Source: Psilocybe cubensis (lineage: Eukaryota). From it: a DNA stretch of 64,000 nucleotides. Location of the stretch: NCBI GenBank assembly GCA_017499595.2, contig CM039000.1, forward strand, positions 1,736,001 through 1,800,000. Reading direction: 5' to 3'. The notes beneath the pieces are model-generated. The model had not been told where the DNA came from, made no database searches, and worked only from the letters and a program-made list of their open reading frames with translations. The position numbers and the translations under genes are program-made. Shown here piece after piece: positions 27,236 to 41,330 of this stretch (the first letter of the stretch is position 1; each line of letters begins with the position of its first letter).

Positions 27236-29834
27236 TTATATTCGAGACAAATCTCTTCCCCAGATACCTCTGTCAAATTATGAATTATATTGAAAGCGTG
27301 ACATTATTCGTAGGACTTACCTAACGATCCAATCGATCATTAACAAGGCGCGCGTCCTAGCGCTAACTTGTTCGTTCCAATAAATGCTCCTCCACGCATA
27401 CATGGCAACTAGGCCACCCATAAACGAATATTTACCAAAATCAAAAACAGCAGCATTGCCGATATACGCAAGGGTACCAAGATGAAAATATTTGAACGGC
27501 TTTGACACTGTTTCATCTGATAACAATTGGATAGCATTCGGGTTTCCTGATGCTGGAGGCGTGGAAGAGGCGACAGGAGGATTGGCGCGGGAAAGTTTGT
27601 GAAGTTTCTTGCCGAGGTATTTACCCTGTTGAGATGCGACTTGGGCCGTGGCGGGAAGAGAAGTAATACGATTCCCAATTTCTTCCAGGAGTTTGAAAAG
27701 CTCGTTGAGCGAAAGGCTATCGTCTGCATCAGAGTCGTATAGCTGGAACAACTCCTTCACTTTGACAAGATGGTCTTCAGCCATTGGTATGCGCTCTTTG
27801 ATCTTGACAACTACATATTGTCAGTTCATTCTAAACTTGAGCAATGTTATTTTACCACACACCCATATGTTCCCATTCCCCAAATTCAATCTTTCCATTT
27901 TTATCCGCATCTGCATCGTCCACTAATTCCATGAAATGACTCATCAAAGAGGTTTCAATCTAATAAAATTAAGAAAGACATCAAATTCAAATACATCCAG
28001 ACCTTTTCAAGACAAACCGTTGCGCAATCCCCAATAGCATAAACCTCGCCAATAGGGGCACCGTTGACCCTTAAGTGAGAGTCAACTTCTATCGCCTTCT
28101 TATGAACCTGGTTTGGCAATAAACTAGACACACGCTGCGTAAAGGGGTTCATAGCAATACCGGTGGACCATAGAACGAAATTGGTAGGAATACTGTGCTG
28201 CTCTGTTTCGCCTTCTGCATTGCGTGTCGTGTATAAAACATGCTCGGGAGTGACACCAGCAACACTACAAACATATGAGGTGCTGCCTGCAAGAAAGAAA
28301 AAATTGTTACCGTGCAGATGTAATAAGGTCTACTTGGTCGCGCCTGAATTTGTCCTAGAGATAAAAATTAGTTAGCAAACCATATAATGATGAGCGAACT
28401 GTAGAACTGTAGGCAAACCTCTGCAAACTTTGATATCGCCTCAGAATACTAGCATTTACAGTTTGTCAAGTACAGATGAAACCGAGAAAATGAAACAACG
28501 CACGGTATTTAAGATATGTTCTCGAGATTGGATCACATGGATGGAGACTTCCTTGCGACATATTTTCGGAAACTATAGAGCAAGTTATTTTTGGACCTTG
28601 AATTAGGCGACCACGATACATGCATAATTCATGATATCTTCCTGACAAAAATCATATATCTCCTGCACAATAACCGTCAGAAAACAGTGCAGCAACGCAA
28701 AACGGACATACGGCAGCAGTTTCTACACCAGTGGGGCCTCCTCCACAAACAACGAAGCTTAGCAAGCGTTTACGCTCTTCGGGGGAAGTGGTGGGCAAAC
28801 TGGCTCTCTCGAAGTTGTCTAACACATGAATCAATGGTTTTGCTCTTACCAAGCAATAAGTGTGTATGTTGCCCACCCATGATTCTCCTTCGAATAGCCT
28901 GGGCATCCCCAATAGTCTTGAGTTGGAAGCAGTTTTCCAACCCAGGAACACCGTGAGTACTTGATGAAGACCCAACCGCTATAACAATTTTGTCATAACT
29001 GCAGAATACGTAAGTAAAAGGGGAAGATAATACCATGAAACTACGCACGGAATGTAGAAGTTGCTTTCAGACCCATCTGGTGAAACTGCTGAAATTTCAA
29101 CCAGACGTTCGGACATCACAAGGTCAACAGCCTTTCCCTGAACAAAATGTCCTCGAAGACGGGCCAAAACCTTGCGAATAGGTTCAATGAGAGATCTAAC
29201 AGAAACCGTCCCAACAGCGGCAGCTGCAGAAAGTCATATTCAAGGATGTGTTGTACAAGACTTGCAAAACTTACATGGAAGAAGAGGCGTGAAAGTCGTG
29301 TAGGTGTCTGTAGAAACAACAGTGACATGATAATCTCCTGGATGAAGGGATTCAAGGACGCCCATTGCCTAGATGACGTATTTATCGAGTTAGGTGATTC
29401 CAGTATTAATTATAGCCACGTACGCCCCAGCCGCCTCCAATGATGACAAGCCTGGGTTTGCCTGCGAGCAGTTTGGCTTCTTCATCCTCCTCGTCGTCGA
29501 CCAGGACTCGCGCGACAGGTAAGTTCTTTGGCCCACCGCGTTCTGGATGGAGGGCGAGGGGATTGACAGGGACACGGTCAACATGTTTTTCGTTATAGGT
29601 GAAAGCGTCGTGGGCCAAAATGGATGCACCAACAACGAATATTCCCACTACGGAAGAAAGGCACAGTAAGCCAGTGACTTTGGCGATGGTTTTCGAGGTT
29701 TGAATATATGAATTCTGGCCAGGCTGTGGGGAAGACTGTGTTCCTGTGGTATATAGCCTGACGGAGAGTAAATTCTGTGGCGGACGGCGAGGGAATCGGG
29801 ACAGGGAGCGCGAAAGGGCTCTGGCGGAGAACAT
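27236..29834 (-). CDS. Mitochondrial external type-II NAD(P)H dehydrogenase with EF-hand (Neurospora NDE-1-like)
   Basis: Arg/Ser-rich presequence MFSARALSRSLSRF, IIGGGWG, VVCGGGPTGVE, AIGDCA, EF-hand loop DSDADDSLSLNE, PATAQVASQQG. Confidence 0.92.
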
Positions 29835-30018
29835 GGGGGTGTGGAGAGCAAGAGGTTCGGTTGAACAGGCGTCATTGCTAACATGGTTTAAGCATATTCT
29901 AAATATAAGTGACATAATATACAGTGTTTGTTATCAGATTTGTACACAATTGATTGTGCGAAACTATGACTACCTGACGAAACCAAGCCAAACCGCCAGC
30001 TTCTTCCCTTCCCCGACC

Positions 30019-32645
30019 ATGTCCGCAGCTTCTAACCATCCTATTCCCCCGGATCCCTCTTCCCCAACCACTGGGGCTGTCCGACGCCACCACACCATCT
30101 CAGCTCATTCGCGAAGCGCTCGTGCCAGTGCGAAGGAAGTCATCTCGGAGGAGACCCAGGAACAGCAGCATGCCATTTGGAACGATGACGAGGTTGTCGA
30201 CCAGGATTGGGTTGGAGGCGTTGGGGCAGTCGGAGAAAAGACTTCACTTCACCGACAGAGCTCTCTTCCAACCCGTTATCATCGCGGTTTATTTTTTCTT
30301 CCTTTTCCGATCACACTTTGTATCTAATCCGTTCTCCTCGTTCAGGGTTTCAAAACCAGGCAGGCAAGTCAGGAAACACGGCCCCTAAAACGATTAATAG
30401 TCTTGCCGCTATCACTGGCAATGAAGGCGATGAAGAAGTGTGGAGAATTGGCGATTATGGCCCAGAGGAAGACGACGTTAGTATTCTCGTCCAGGGCAAA
30501 ATCATCCTGCACTAAACGATTATTTGCAGCACTCCTCCACAGAACAACGTCCACAACACCAGCAGATTATCGACGTCCAGGCCCAAGCACAGTCAAATAG
30601 CTCACCTCTTTCTTCTCATTTCACTAATAATCCGTCGCCACCACCAGCCGAATCTGGTGTTAGACGTCACGTTTCCATCACATACGGAGCAGTTGCTAGC
30701 AATGCTCGTAAAACTTCCACAGGTTTAAGACGATCCGGAACTTTGCAAGCCAGTCTACCTGCTCATTCGCAAAACTCAACTCCACCAGAGCCAGCTGAAC
30801 AAACGGAAGACGAGGAATACGTCTACGAACAGGAAGATCAATCCGCCTACGATGAGGACTATTATGCTAGGTCGCAGCAGCAACAGCAACAGCAACAACA
30901 ACAACAACAACAACAGCAGCAGCAGCAGCAGCAGCAGCAATACCAGCAATATAATAACACACAAGTCGGCCGAACTTCTCCCTGGTCATCTGCAAATGAA
31001 TGGAGACAAGGGGCGTATGGTAGCAATGGAAATGCTGCCATTGACGATGTTCAACGTGCCCTATCTGCTCTCGAACTAGCCAGTAGCCAAAGCAATAATT
31101 CCGTTGGGTATGGTAGCTATCAGCAAACATCTCAAGGTGCCAATGCACCACCGCGGTTCAATTCTGGGCAATCCGCTCCGCTACACCACCAGTCGACTGG
31201 GTCTCGTGGAAGCAACGGTGGCAACGGCAACAATGGAAATGGAAACAAGATTCAAATGGGCAACGAATTTGATGGTCGAAAGACCCCTCTATCGCAACCT
31301 CAACGCGGAGGATTTGGCCAACATCAATCAGGCCAAAGGGAGGGAGAAAGTCTCCGTGGACGGGCATCTAATCCCAACCTCCAATACGGATATCAGCAAG
31401 GAGGTTCGGGGCATGTCAAAAGTAACAGCTCAGGCAGCAATGCTACCCCTGGATCGTCTGGAATCGTGCCGAGCGTACCACCTATTCCGCAACAGTACCT
31501 TCAGCAAGGACAAGGAAATCGGCCTGGGCTTGGGGTAGCGACCACCTTCGCTTCATCTTCCACTGGCCCGTCTGCCGTTCCTACAGGCCAAACACCTGTT
31601 CAACCTTTCGTCAATACCCCGATTGATGTGCCTACATTGATCGCTACGAAAGGCTATAATCCAGCTCAATTCGACACTCGCCCACAATTTGCACGATATT
31701 TCGTCATCAAATCATATACTGAAGACGATGTACATAAATCTCTGAAGTATGAAATTTGGAGTTCCACCGACCCTGGAAATAAGCGACTTGATAAAGCTTT
31801 TAAAGATACGGCTGGCCGAGGTCCTATCTATCTATTTTTTAGTGTCAATGCGAGTGGTCACTTCTGCGGAATGGCCGAAATGTTAACACCGGTACGTCAT
31901 CTTCACAACATTCATTTGCCTTTGTGTAGTAGTGATAATTACCTTTCTTTCAGGTGGATTATACAAGGAGCAGCACAGTATGGGCCTCTGATAAGTGGAA
32001 AGGAGTGTTTAAAGTACGATGGATTTTTGTTCGCGATATTCCCAACCTGAATCTGAGGCACATCAAGTTGAAGTAAGTGTCGTGCTGTATTTTTCTGAGC
32101 TCTCTAAAGACATCCCTTCAGCAACACGCAGGAACGAAAGCCTGTAACTAATTCACGAGACACTCAAGAGTTGCTTCCTGATGCCGGGCAAGAAATGTTG
32201 AGAATTTTCCACACACACCCTGCCCGAACTTCTTTGCTGCAGGACTTCGCATTTTACGAGGTTTGTTGTTCCTTATAATTTCGCGTTGGGTTCTGATCAC
32301 TCGTTTTCTTAGCTCCAAGCTATGCAAAAAATGCAGGCCACTGGAGGGGCTACTTCTCCATCTCCACCATCCTTGCATTCACCTCAATTGCCGTCGACCA
32401 TTGTCCCCAATACCAGTGCTAATTATAACCCTAACAACTACCCTGTGCAGCAAATGACGCCAATGATGCAGATGGGTATGGGGATGAACATCGGTCTTGG
32501 TAATACGGGTCAATTCGGAGGCGGTCAGCAAGGTTTACACCATCAGTCCCAGGCCATGCATCAGAGCGTCATGAGGCATCCTAGTCCAGCTCCGGGACAA
32601 GCAGTCCAGCAAGGAGGCAACCAAGGTTACAACCTCGGTTTCTGA
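30019..32645 (+). CDS. YTH-domain m6A reader (YTHDF/Pho92-like) with long Q/N/G/S-rich low-complexity regions
   Basis: [59 protein letters not shown]. Confidence 0.93.
30875..30940 (+). repeat. CAG/CAA trinucleotide repeat encoding 22 consecutive Gln
   Basis: 66 nt of mixed CAG/CAA codons read directly, in frame in YTH exon 3. Confidence 0.97.
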
Positions 32646-33236
32646 TGTCAACTTCTCAACAAAATGAGACTGCTAATTTTTCTGCACCACACCGGCCTAG
32701 GTATTTGTCCTATATTCTGGACAGTGCCACATTACTCTCTTGATTCCCTGTTTATGTTTCTATTCTTTTTCTGTACAGTTCGAATCAATTTAAATTTTAT
32801 CTAACTTTTTGGTAAAGACCGTTTTGATTTATCTTCCCAGTGTATCGTTTTCTTCCTTTCTTCACACCGCATCTGTGCAACGTGCCGGATCGCATTGTTT
32901 GTTCATGCTCTAAATTTAATCATCCTTTTTGGTACTCGTACTTTCTGAATTACAAAATTGTATGCACGAGTCTTTCTCTATGCTTTCCCCTAGTCTTACC
33001 GCGTAACGGGTTTCGGATTGCGAATGGACGTAGACTGCGCTTATTTGCTCCGTTGTATGAATATGTTGCGCGGAATTCTGTCACTCCAGCGATATATCGA
33101 CAAAGTACATTTTATCATAATTTTTTTATCCATATGCCCCTCATTGAATTTTCTTTACTATTCTTTGATTTACAAGACACCCAAATCACACATGCCATCT
33201 AAAGCTGATCGAGATCCCTTGGATACATAAAACTCC

Positions 33237-33500
33237 CTGCTTAGTAGAGAGTAGATACCTCAGCGTAGAAAGGTGAGGAGCACTCACCCGTACGTCTTAG
33301 CAGTGAGCACACCGACTATTGCTCCTTCCCATTTTAGGCAGCACCAGCACGGCCGGTGGTCCGGCAAGGTATTGCTGTATTGGGAGCAATGTCCGCCTAA
33401 TTGCCGTTCCATAGCAGCGGTTCGTGAAAGGCCAATCAATTTTGACTTTCAATGACCTTCTGCAGCAGGCCAAAGAGGTCAGAATCTGGGTGAAACACCT
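33237..33500. other. Unannotated GC-rich element with several inverted repeats and a minus-strand intron; possible ncRNA or small gene
   Basis: Complementary pairs GGTGAG/CTCACC, ATTGCTCC/GGAGCAAT, TTAGGC/GCCTAA, GCCGG/CCGGC, TGACCT/AGGTCA. Minus-strand GTGAGT...CAG 51-nt intron at 33287-33237. Confidence 0.3.
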
Positions 33501-33636
33501 CGACACATCTGGCAACTTGTTCCCCATAGAATTTCTAGTCATTTATTTTAACCTACGCACAAGCTAATTGACTTCCCCAGACAGTCAGTGATCTACAGTT
33601 TTTCATTTCTCAGAACTATAGAACTACATCGGCGTA

Positions 33637-35471
33637 ATGGCTGCCCGCATAATACACCCAATATCTGCCCTGGAGTTTGCGCATATGGTACGGAAATGCA
33701 TGCCTCCTGTAGGCTGGTCAGATACCATCGGTGGGAGTTTCGTCCATTAGATTGTAGATTTTTCTCATCTTTTTGACTATAGGCATTGCGAACTCTGGCG
33801 GACCTGATTCAACTTGCCTGATGTTTCTCTTCAACAGACTTATCAATGATACAAAAACAATGAATGCAGATGAATCTCTTCCCAAAAATATCGTTTCTCT
33901 TACGATAGACCACGACCTACAAGCAAGCTCTGCTGATATGGCTACTCATGCGTCCAGGATAGCCCAAAGCCTTGGTGTGCGGCATATTACGAAAAAGTTA
34001 GATTGGAAAAGAAGCAGGCCCGGGCCAGGGGATTCGATAGAAGAACTAGCACGAGACAAGCGTTATGATACATTGCTGGACTTGATCATTGCCTGCAATG
34101 CCAATTCTTTGGCAATGGGACATCATTGCGACGATCAAGTAGAAACCATGCTTATGCGCCTTGGGCGAAGTTCCACCAAAGTCGGACTTGGTGGAATGCG
34201 TCCCTGCCGTAGATGGGGAATGGGCAATGAAATTAAGGGAGTACCCAACAGACAGCTGCAGGTGGAACAGATGAGAAGGTGGATTGTGAGACCCCTCTTG
34301 TCTGTCGGCAAAGTGAGTCGCGCTATTTATTGGATAGAGGGTGTCAACTTACATGCCAAGTTTAGGATCGAATTCTTGCTACATGCGAAGAAAACAAACT
34401 TGAATATGTGTCTGATCCAACCAACTTTCAACCACAGTTGACCATCCGAAATGCTATCCGGCACGTCATAAGCAATGAGGTCCGGGATGACTTGGACTAT
34501 CCCAGCTTCCCTCATATCATTAATTTGCAATTGAAGCAAATCAATGCAACTGCTGCCAAAGATTTCAACGGTGCCTTCGATCTCACATCAGGTATTGATC
34601 ATCTTAGGAAGGTCAGTATGGACATGAGTTCCGCCGTAGAAAAGATGGACCTGCGTGGTGGGTTATCTATTCTCTGTGCGGTAGGCTGAATCTGATTTCG
34701 CACATTGTAGTTAATGAAATGATCCCAAAGTGTAGAATTCCCTCATCCCCCGGAACTTTTATGATATCAGCGGAAGCTCTCAGCAAAATTCCATCGCCTG
34801 ATCTCCGCGAAGCTTTGTTATATCGTATAGTACGATACGTTTCGCCGGAACCTTGGGGGAGTCCCAAAGCCGAATTGGGGAGAAGAAAAGTGGGTATGCT
34901 TAGGCTATGGGAACATCTGTCTAGCTACAAGCAGCATCTTTCGCGAAATAACAGTTCGATTTGCGTCGGGTCGGGAGTATGGTGGCGATTGGTGACGACA
35001 GTGAACGGGCGTCTGCGTAGCGAAGTTAGGAATGTAGATCCCTCCAACCTGGCATGGATTGCCCTTCGACAACCACCAAGTCGATCAATCAGAGTTCCAA
35101 ACTATGCTCGTTTCGACATAACACGCACAGTGCTCGACACAAGGAACACTTGGCTAACACAAAGCAAGTCACCATTATCGGAAATGGTATTCGACAACCG
35201 TTTCTTGCTCCAGTTTTCCGTTGACAAAATGCCAACATCTCTTGTGAAACTATTGGAACAAGGTGCGCTTCTTGTTGTCGAGCCCCGAGGAATTTGGCGC
35301 ATTCCAGAAGTTAAGTTACACAATGTAAACGGCCTAGCTCGGAAACTCGTACATACTGAAGTTAAACATGGACCGTTCTCTGTGGACTTGGAATTGGGAT
35401 CGGAGACTTACATCAAACTTGATTCTGGCTGGATCACTATGGAATATTTCAGGCCAATCTCTGCCATATGA
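33637..35471 (+). CDS. tilS: tRNA(Ile)-lysidine synthetase-like protein (TilS/MesJ, PP-loop family)
   Basis: [48 protein letters not shown]...RNAIRH. Confidence 0.9.
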
Positions 35472-35812
35472 AACGGATGCTTAGTTGACAACCTCGGTGT
35501 CCTTTATTGCTCTTTATTGCACACAAAAATATACCTACTTCGCAACATCGTTTCAAAAGTTTTCAAAGCCATATTACCATCCAGATTCCAAGATTTTAGA
35601 ATCTAGTCGTCGACTAAGCAATTCGATATCAAGTTCAAACTCGAAGGTTCCCCCTAAAAGTGGCATTTGCCATTAAACCTTCGATATTACCAACGAACCA
35701 CATGAACCCGTGTCAAAATATAAATATAACAAAAGTCACATTCCGTTTCCAAATTAACTATTTGGCTAAAAAGGAACCGTTGATATTTCATCAATCACCT
35801 TTGTTGTCAAAT

Positions 35813-37053
35813 TTATGCGCCCATAAACACGTCTATCACGTCGCGCCATACTTGAATATCAAAATATTCATACCAGAAGTGACCAAAGTCGCAGGAAGGA
35901 ATCTGTCCGGGCAGATTGCCTATCTCCACCAAACGCGCATGGGGTATTCGCCTAATAATTTCCTGTCTATATGTTATGCTTTAAAGAGGATCATTCAATG
36001 AGAATGGCTCACCTCCGCGCAAGTGAAAGGGACTACCTGGTCCAGTCGACCGTGTATAACCATAACTTGTATATCAACGGACAATTTAGAGAGCAACTCC
36101 ACAAAATCGAAATTTCGCAACTTTCAAAAGAAATATCAGCTAGGCAATAACGTATACACAAGTCGCTAATGGACTCACGGCGAGTGCCTGCTTGGCTTTG
36201 GGATGTGAAGGGATATTGATACAGATTAATTCCTAGCTTTGAATCCAAAAACAAGCATTCGTACCAATCATGTCGGAAGGACGATTGCTGGGTGCATTTT
36301 CAGCATTCAAGCCGACTGTTACAGGCACGGTACATACTCACATGGAGGGGTTTACGGCTCGTTTGAAGATGAATTCAAATCGTTCACCGTTATCCTCAAT
36401 CCATCTGGGGTCTACGAGAGAACTGATTACTCCACGGGCTATTTCTTTTCGTTCCTCCAGGGTGCGAGATGCGTTATTTTGCAATGGAGATATCGGTAAA
36501 CCGATATTCAACTGGACAGACGACCGAGTTCCAACCAAGAATAGATGAGTGGTGCGGAAAGGCAAAATTACAGCATCTTTGACGCTATGCGGCAGGACCA
36601 ACATCTGCTGGGCAACGACGCCTGGCATGGCATCCTTGAAAATATCGCACAATGACGAAAGATAATTCATACCTCCCATTGAATACCCACAGATAGCCAC
36701 TTCCGTCCATTTTAAATGGGTGAGAAGGGCAGCCAAATCTCGAGCCAAAAGATCTATGGTAATTTCCTCTTTTCCTGAGGGAGTCAGTGATGACTGTCCG
36801 ATGCCTCTGTGATCATAAAGCAGAACTGGAAATCAATCTTTCAGAGAATCGTCCTTCTAACATTTCTCAAAAGGGAGGCACCTGGACGTGTGACGAGAAG
36901 GCTGTGAGCCAGTCGCTCGTAATCAACCCAGACGGAAGTCATCCCGCAAATCAGGACAATGGGTACGGTATGTCCTAAGTGGTTGGAGCCCATGATATTG
37001 TAGGCTAGTTTTGCACTATCTGGTAGTTCGAAAATGGAATGGTGTGCGGTCAT
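35813..37053 (-). CDS. Alpha/beta-hydrolase fold protein
   Basis: Nucleophile elbow GYSMGG, LARDLAALLTHL, putative catalytic His in DFGHFW. Confidence 0.85.
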
Positions 37054-37485
37054 TGGGAACGATGTCAGTCAAAAGATGTTTGGGGGGAAAGTTACATGTA
37101 GGCATGATACTTTATAATTTTATACCTTAGGTACTAGATAACATAGATGGATTGTCTTTAGTGGCGCTTGCAGGTAACGGGCATGTTCAAATTGTCGATA
37201 TGAAGAGCACCCGAGACTGCTCCCGGACATGCGATTGTAAAGTTGGGTGTACATGACGGACGCGGCTGCAATAAAACTAACACCCAAGTTTCTTAAGAAG
37301 AGACTTATGAGATTGTTACAAAGAATAAGAAACACGGATGGAATAACGGTCGTTACAAAGCCTCCATGCCGAGATAGACGAGTAATGTCATAATAAACAG
37401 GATCGTGATCTAATGATTGTATTTTCAGATTCTAGTAGATAGATGTCAAAAGATACTTATATTCTCAATATCTTTGACAGTTTAA

Positions 37486-39202
37486 TCATGTAAATTTGAA
37501 GCTATGGCTAGCCAACTAAAAAAGAGGGGCGTCAGGGATGTACCTTCTGCTAAAAACGAAAGATTGAATACCGTGATTTCTCCTCCTCGGTAGCTTCCTC
37601 TTTTCTTTTTATTCTTCTCCTTGCGGAAACCAGCTCCGCGAGTAACGATCAAATCTTCATGGGCACGCTTTCCATAGTCATTTTGAGGACCAACCTAAAA
37701 GGTGTAGCCACGTTAAGGCTAAATATCAACTTTACCAAATCATAACGACACACCTTGGCTTCATAACGGTTATCAGCAATAGGCTCAAACTTTTTGGGAT
37801 CTACTCTTTGGAATCGCCCGTTCGTAGGGCGCCCTCCCTTGCCATTATCACCCTTGACCTTCCCAACAGCTAGGCTTTCAACCTGCTCCTTGGTATTTGG
37901 TATCGTAGTAGCAGTGACGACCGAGCTGCCATCAATGGCAGTCCGTCGTTTTTTTGTTGTCTGCACCTTATCTGTATCGTTGTCGCTAACCGTCGCTTTG
38001 GCTGTCTCGACGGTTTTCTTGGTATCAGACATCGCTACATCCGAATCCGATTCCGATTCCGAGCTAGAACTGGAGCTTGAATCGGACTCCGACTCTGAGC
38101 CCGAAGAGCTGGAATTAGAAGAGTCGCTCGCCACTTTCTTTGCGACAGGTTTTTCCGTCTTATCGGACTCTGAGTCATCACTTGAACTTGAGCTGGAAGA
38201 TTCAGAATCATCCTTTTCGACCACTGATTGCGTTTTCATAGCAGCTTTCTTGCCTAGTTTAGAATCAGGATCGGAGTCAGAACTTGACTCTGACTCTGAC
38301 GATTCGTGCGACGATAATGTTCGGCTGGAATCACGACCAGCTGCATTGCCCTTAGTCTCTTCAGCAGATACTTTTTTCTTCGTTAATTTTTTCTTTCCGA
38401 CTTTGGATGGTTCAGAATCACTAGATTCATCATCTGAATGGAATGAGCGTTTTCTCAGATTAAGTAAAGAGGCAATGACTTCACCAGAATCGGAGCCAGA
38501 AGAGGAAGACGACGAAGAGCTGGAGCTGGACGATGATGTGGCTGACGGGGCGTTGCGGAGTAAGAGAATGAATCGTAAAAGCTATAGACAGGGAGAGCAT
38601 ACCTTTCACTGCCTTGACATCATTGGCCACGATTTTCTTGTCTTTGTTCGAAAAATTTTTAACAGGAGAAGACTTAGATTCGGAATCAGAATCAGACTCA
38701 TCAGACGAAGATGACGAAGAAGAAGGGCTCTTTTTCGAGACTTTTTTCGCTTTCGTCTTGTTTTTCGGAGGGGCGCTGGAGCTTGAACTAGATGAAGAGC
38801 TTGATGCTTCGAGAAAAACTTGAGTATTATTGAATGCATAAATGATTGGCACGTACAGCTGGAATCTGAGCTAGATTCAGAGTCAGAACTATCCGAACTT
38901 AATTGATAGGTTAGTTTCATGTTATAGATATGGGAATGCGGACGCACGAATCATCCTGTTTTTCTGTTGCAGCCTTCCACTCCTTGATAATTTGGTCTAA
39001 CTGAGGTCCATCTACGTCTATTTCATCTTTTAGAATGACAACCTCTTTTGCGGCTTTCTTCACGGCAAGTGCAGCCTTAACATGCGATTGCTTCGTAAGG
39101 AAGGCATGGATCAAGGTATAAGTCGCTGTGTATAGCAGAAGTATTTAACAATGGATTAAGAAAGGATTAAACGACATTCGTACTGGCCAGATTGCCTTCC
39201 AT
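37486..39202 (-). CDS. SRP40: Srp40/Nopp140 nucleolar phosphoprotein
   Basis: LisH-like N-terminus (LIHAFL), alternating Ser/acidic and Lys-rich repeats, and SRP40_C FQRVDP...TRGAGFRKEKNKKKRGSYRGG...SHSFKF. Confidence 0.93.
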
Positions 39203-39327
39203 TGGCGACGCAGAGTAGCAGGGTATATTTCAGACTTAGTTGCAGTTGGTGGCACAGACTCAGAATTCATTCAAAAACTTTCTTTCAATTGGAAATCCAA
39301 AAGGGAAGAAAGTCCCACGGCACTTGA

Positions 39328-40035
<708 letters not shown>

Positions 40036-40157
40036 GGATGGACAATGAAATGTATACATAAATTACTTGTAAATTACTTCAAAGAAACTCTGTGACGCTG
40101 CCATCACGCTCTCCTCTTCGACCTCAACACCGACTCTTACCTCTGAAACCTTTCAAC

Positions 40158-41330
40158 ATGAAGCGTAAAGTATGTGTTCACTAATCTTGACAATGACCTG
40201 CAGGTAGTTGACTAGGCTTGCAGGTTCTTCTCATGGGCGCTTCGGGGAGTGGCAAGACCTCAATGCGCTCGCTTATCTTGTAAAGTCTTCTCCTGTTTAG
40301 TAGTCAATGCAGTCCTTTCTCAAACAAGACGTGCAGCTCAAATAATCCCGCGTCCTTGACTGAAAGGCTTGGTGCAACAATCGACGTTGAACAAAACCAT
40401 GTTCGTTTTCTTGGTGACCTCATCCTAAACTTATGGGACCTAGGGGGGCAAGACTCCTTCATGGATTCCTATCTTACCACTCAACGAACAACCATATTCC
40501 AACAAGTTGGTGTGATGATATACGTATTTGATGTCGAAACTAGGGAAATGGGCAAGGACCTCGAGTATTTCCGTGACTGTATGGCTAGCCTGAAACAGTA
40601 CAGCCCAGATGCCGCGGTGTTCCTGCTGATCCACAAAATGGATCTTGTAAGGGAACCTCGACACCTCACATTCCAGAAAAAGAAACAAGAGCTCGAAGAA
40701 GCGAGTGGAGATACGAAAGTAAACATCTTTGGAACTAGTATCTACGACGAAAGCTTGTACAAGGTTTGTTTTAAGTGTGCCCTGATTTAACCTTGAATTC
40801 ACCATCCACCCCTCATTTAGGCTTGGTCAAATATAGTGCACACTCTGATACCAAACGCAACCATCTTGTCAAAACACCTAAATACCTTTGCAGGGGCTTG
40901 CAATGCAACGGAAGTAATTCTTTTCGAGCGTACCACATTCCTCGTCATCGCTACGTCTGCTTCCTCACCGTCATCACCAAGTTTAACACCTGGGTCAGAA
41001 GACAACACAGAGACCGAACCATTGAACCCCAAGCGATATGAACGTACATCTGAACTTATCAAGGCCTTTAAGCACTCTTGCTCTCGCGTTAGAGAGGAAT
41101 TCCGTTCCTTAGAAATGGAACTCTATGATTTTACAGCTGTTCTTGATGAAATGACCAGGAACACATATGTGCTGATCATAGTCCATGATCCTACGATAGG
41201 TATGCTCCTGTTGGATTGCATCAGGGGATATATATTGATATCAGAGTTAGAAACAGCAGCATTAAAATTGAACATTCGACTGGCGCGCAGCAAGTTTGAA
41301 GAATTGCAGAGTGACAGTCTCGTTTCATGA
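40158..41330 (+). CDS. GTR1: Rag GTPase Gtr1/RagA
   Basis: MKRK|VLLMGASGSGKTSMRS, LGATIDVE, LWDLGGQ, HKMDLV, TSIYDESLYKAWS, FERTTFLVI. Confidence 0.96.

Noticed and set aside
32425-32434. TAACCCTAAC, which resembles a telomerase RNA template
   Set aside because: It lies in the YTH coding exon (YNPN codons) with no supporting TER structure, and a 10-mer can arise by chance.
33297-33542. 81-aa ORF ending CAHC* as a possible CaaX pheromone precursor
   Set aside because: His is atypical in the aaX positions, there is no ER/DR processing motif, and no pheromone receptor is nearby.
37794-38714. 306-aa plus-strand ORF
   Set aside because: It is an antisense shadow of the low-complexity SRP40 exons.
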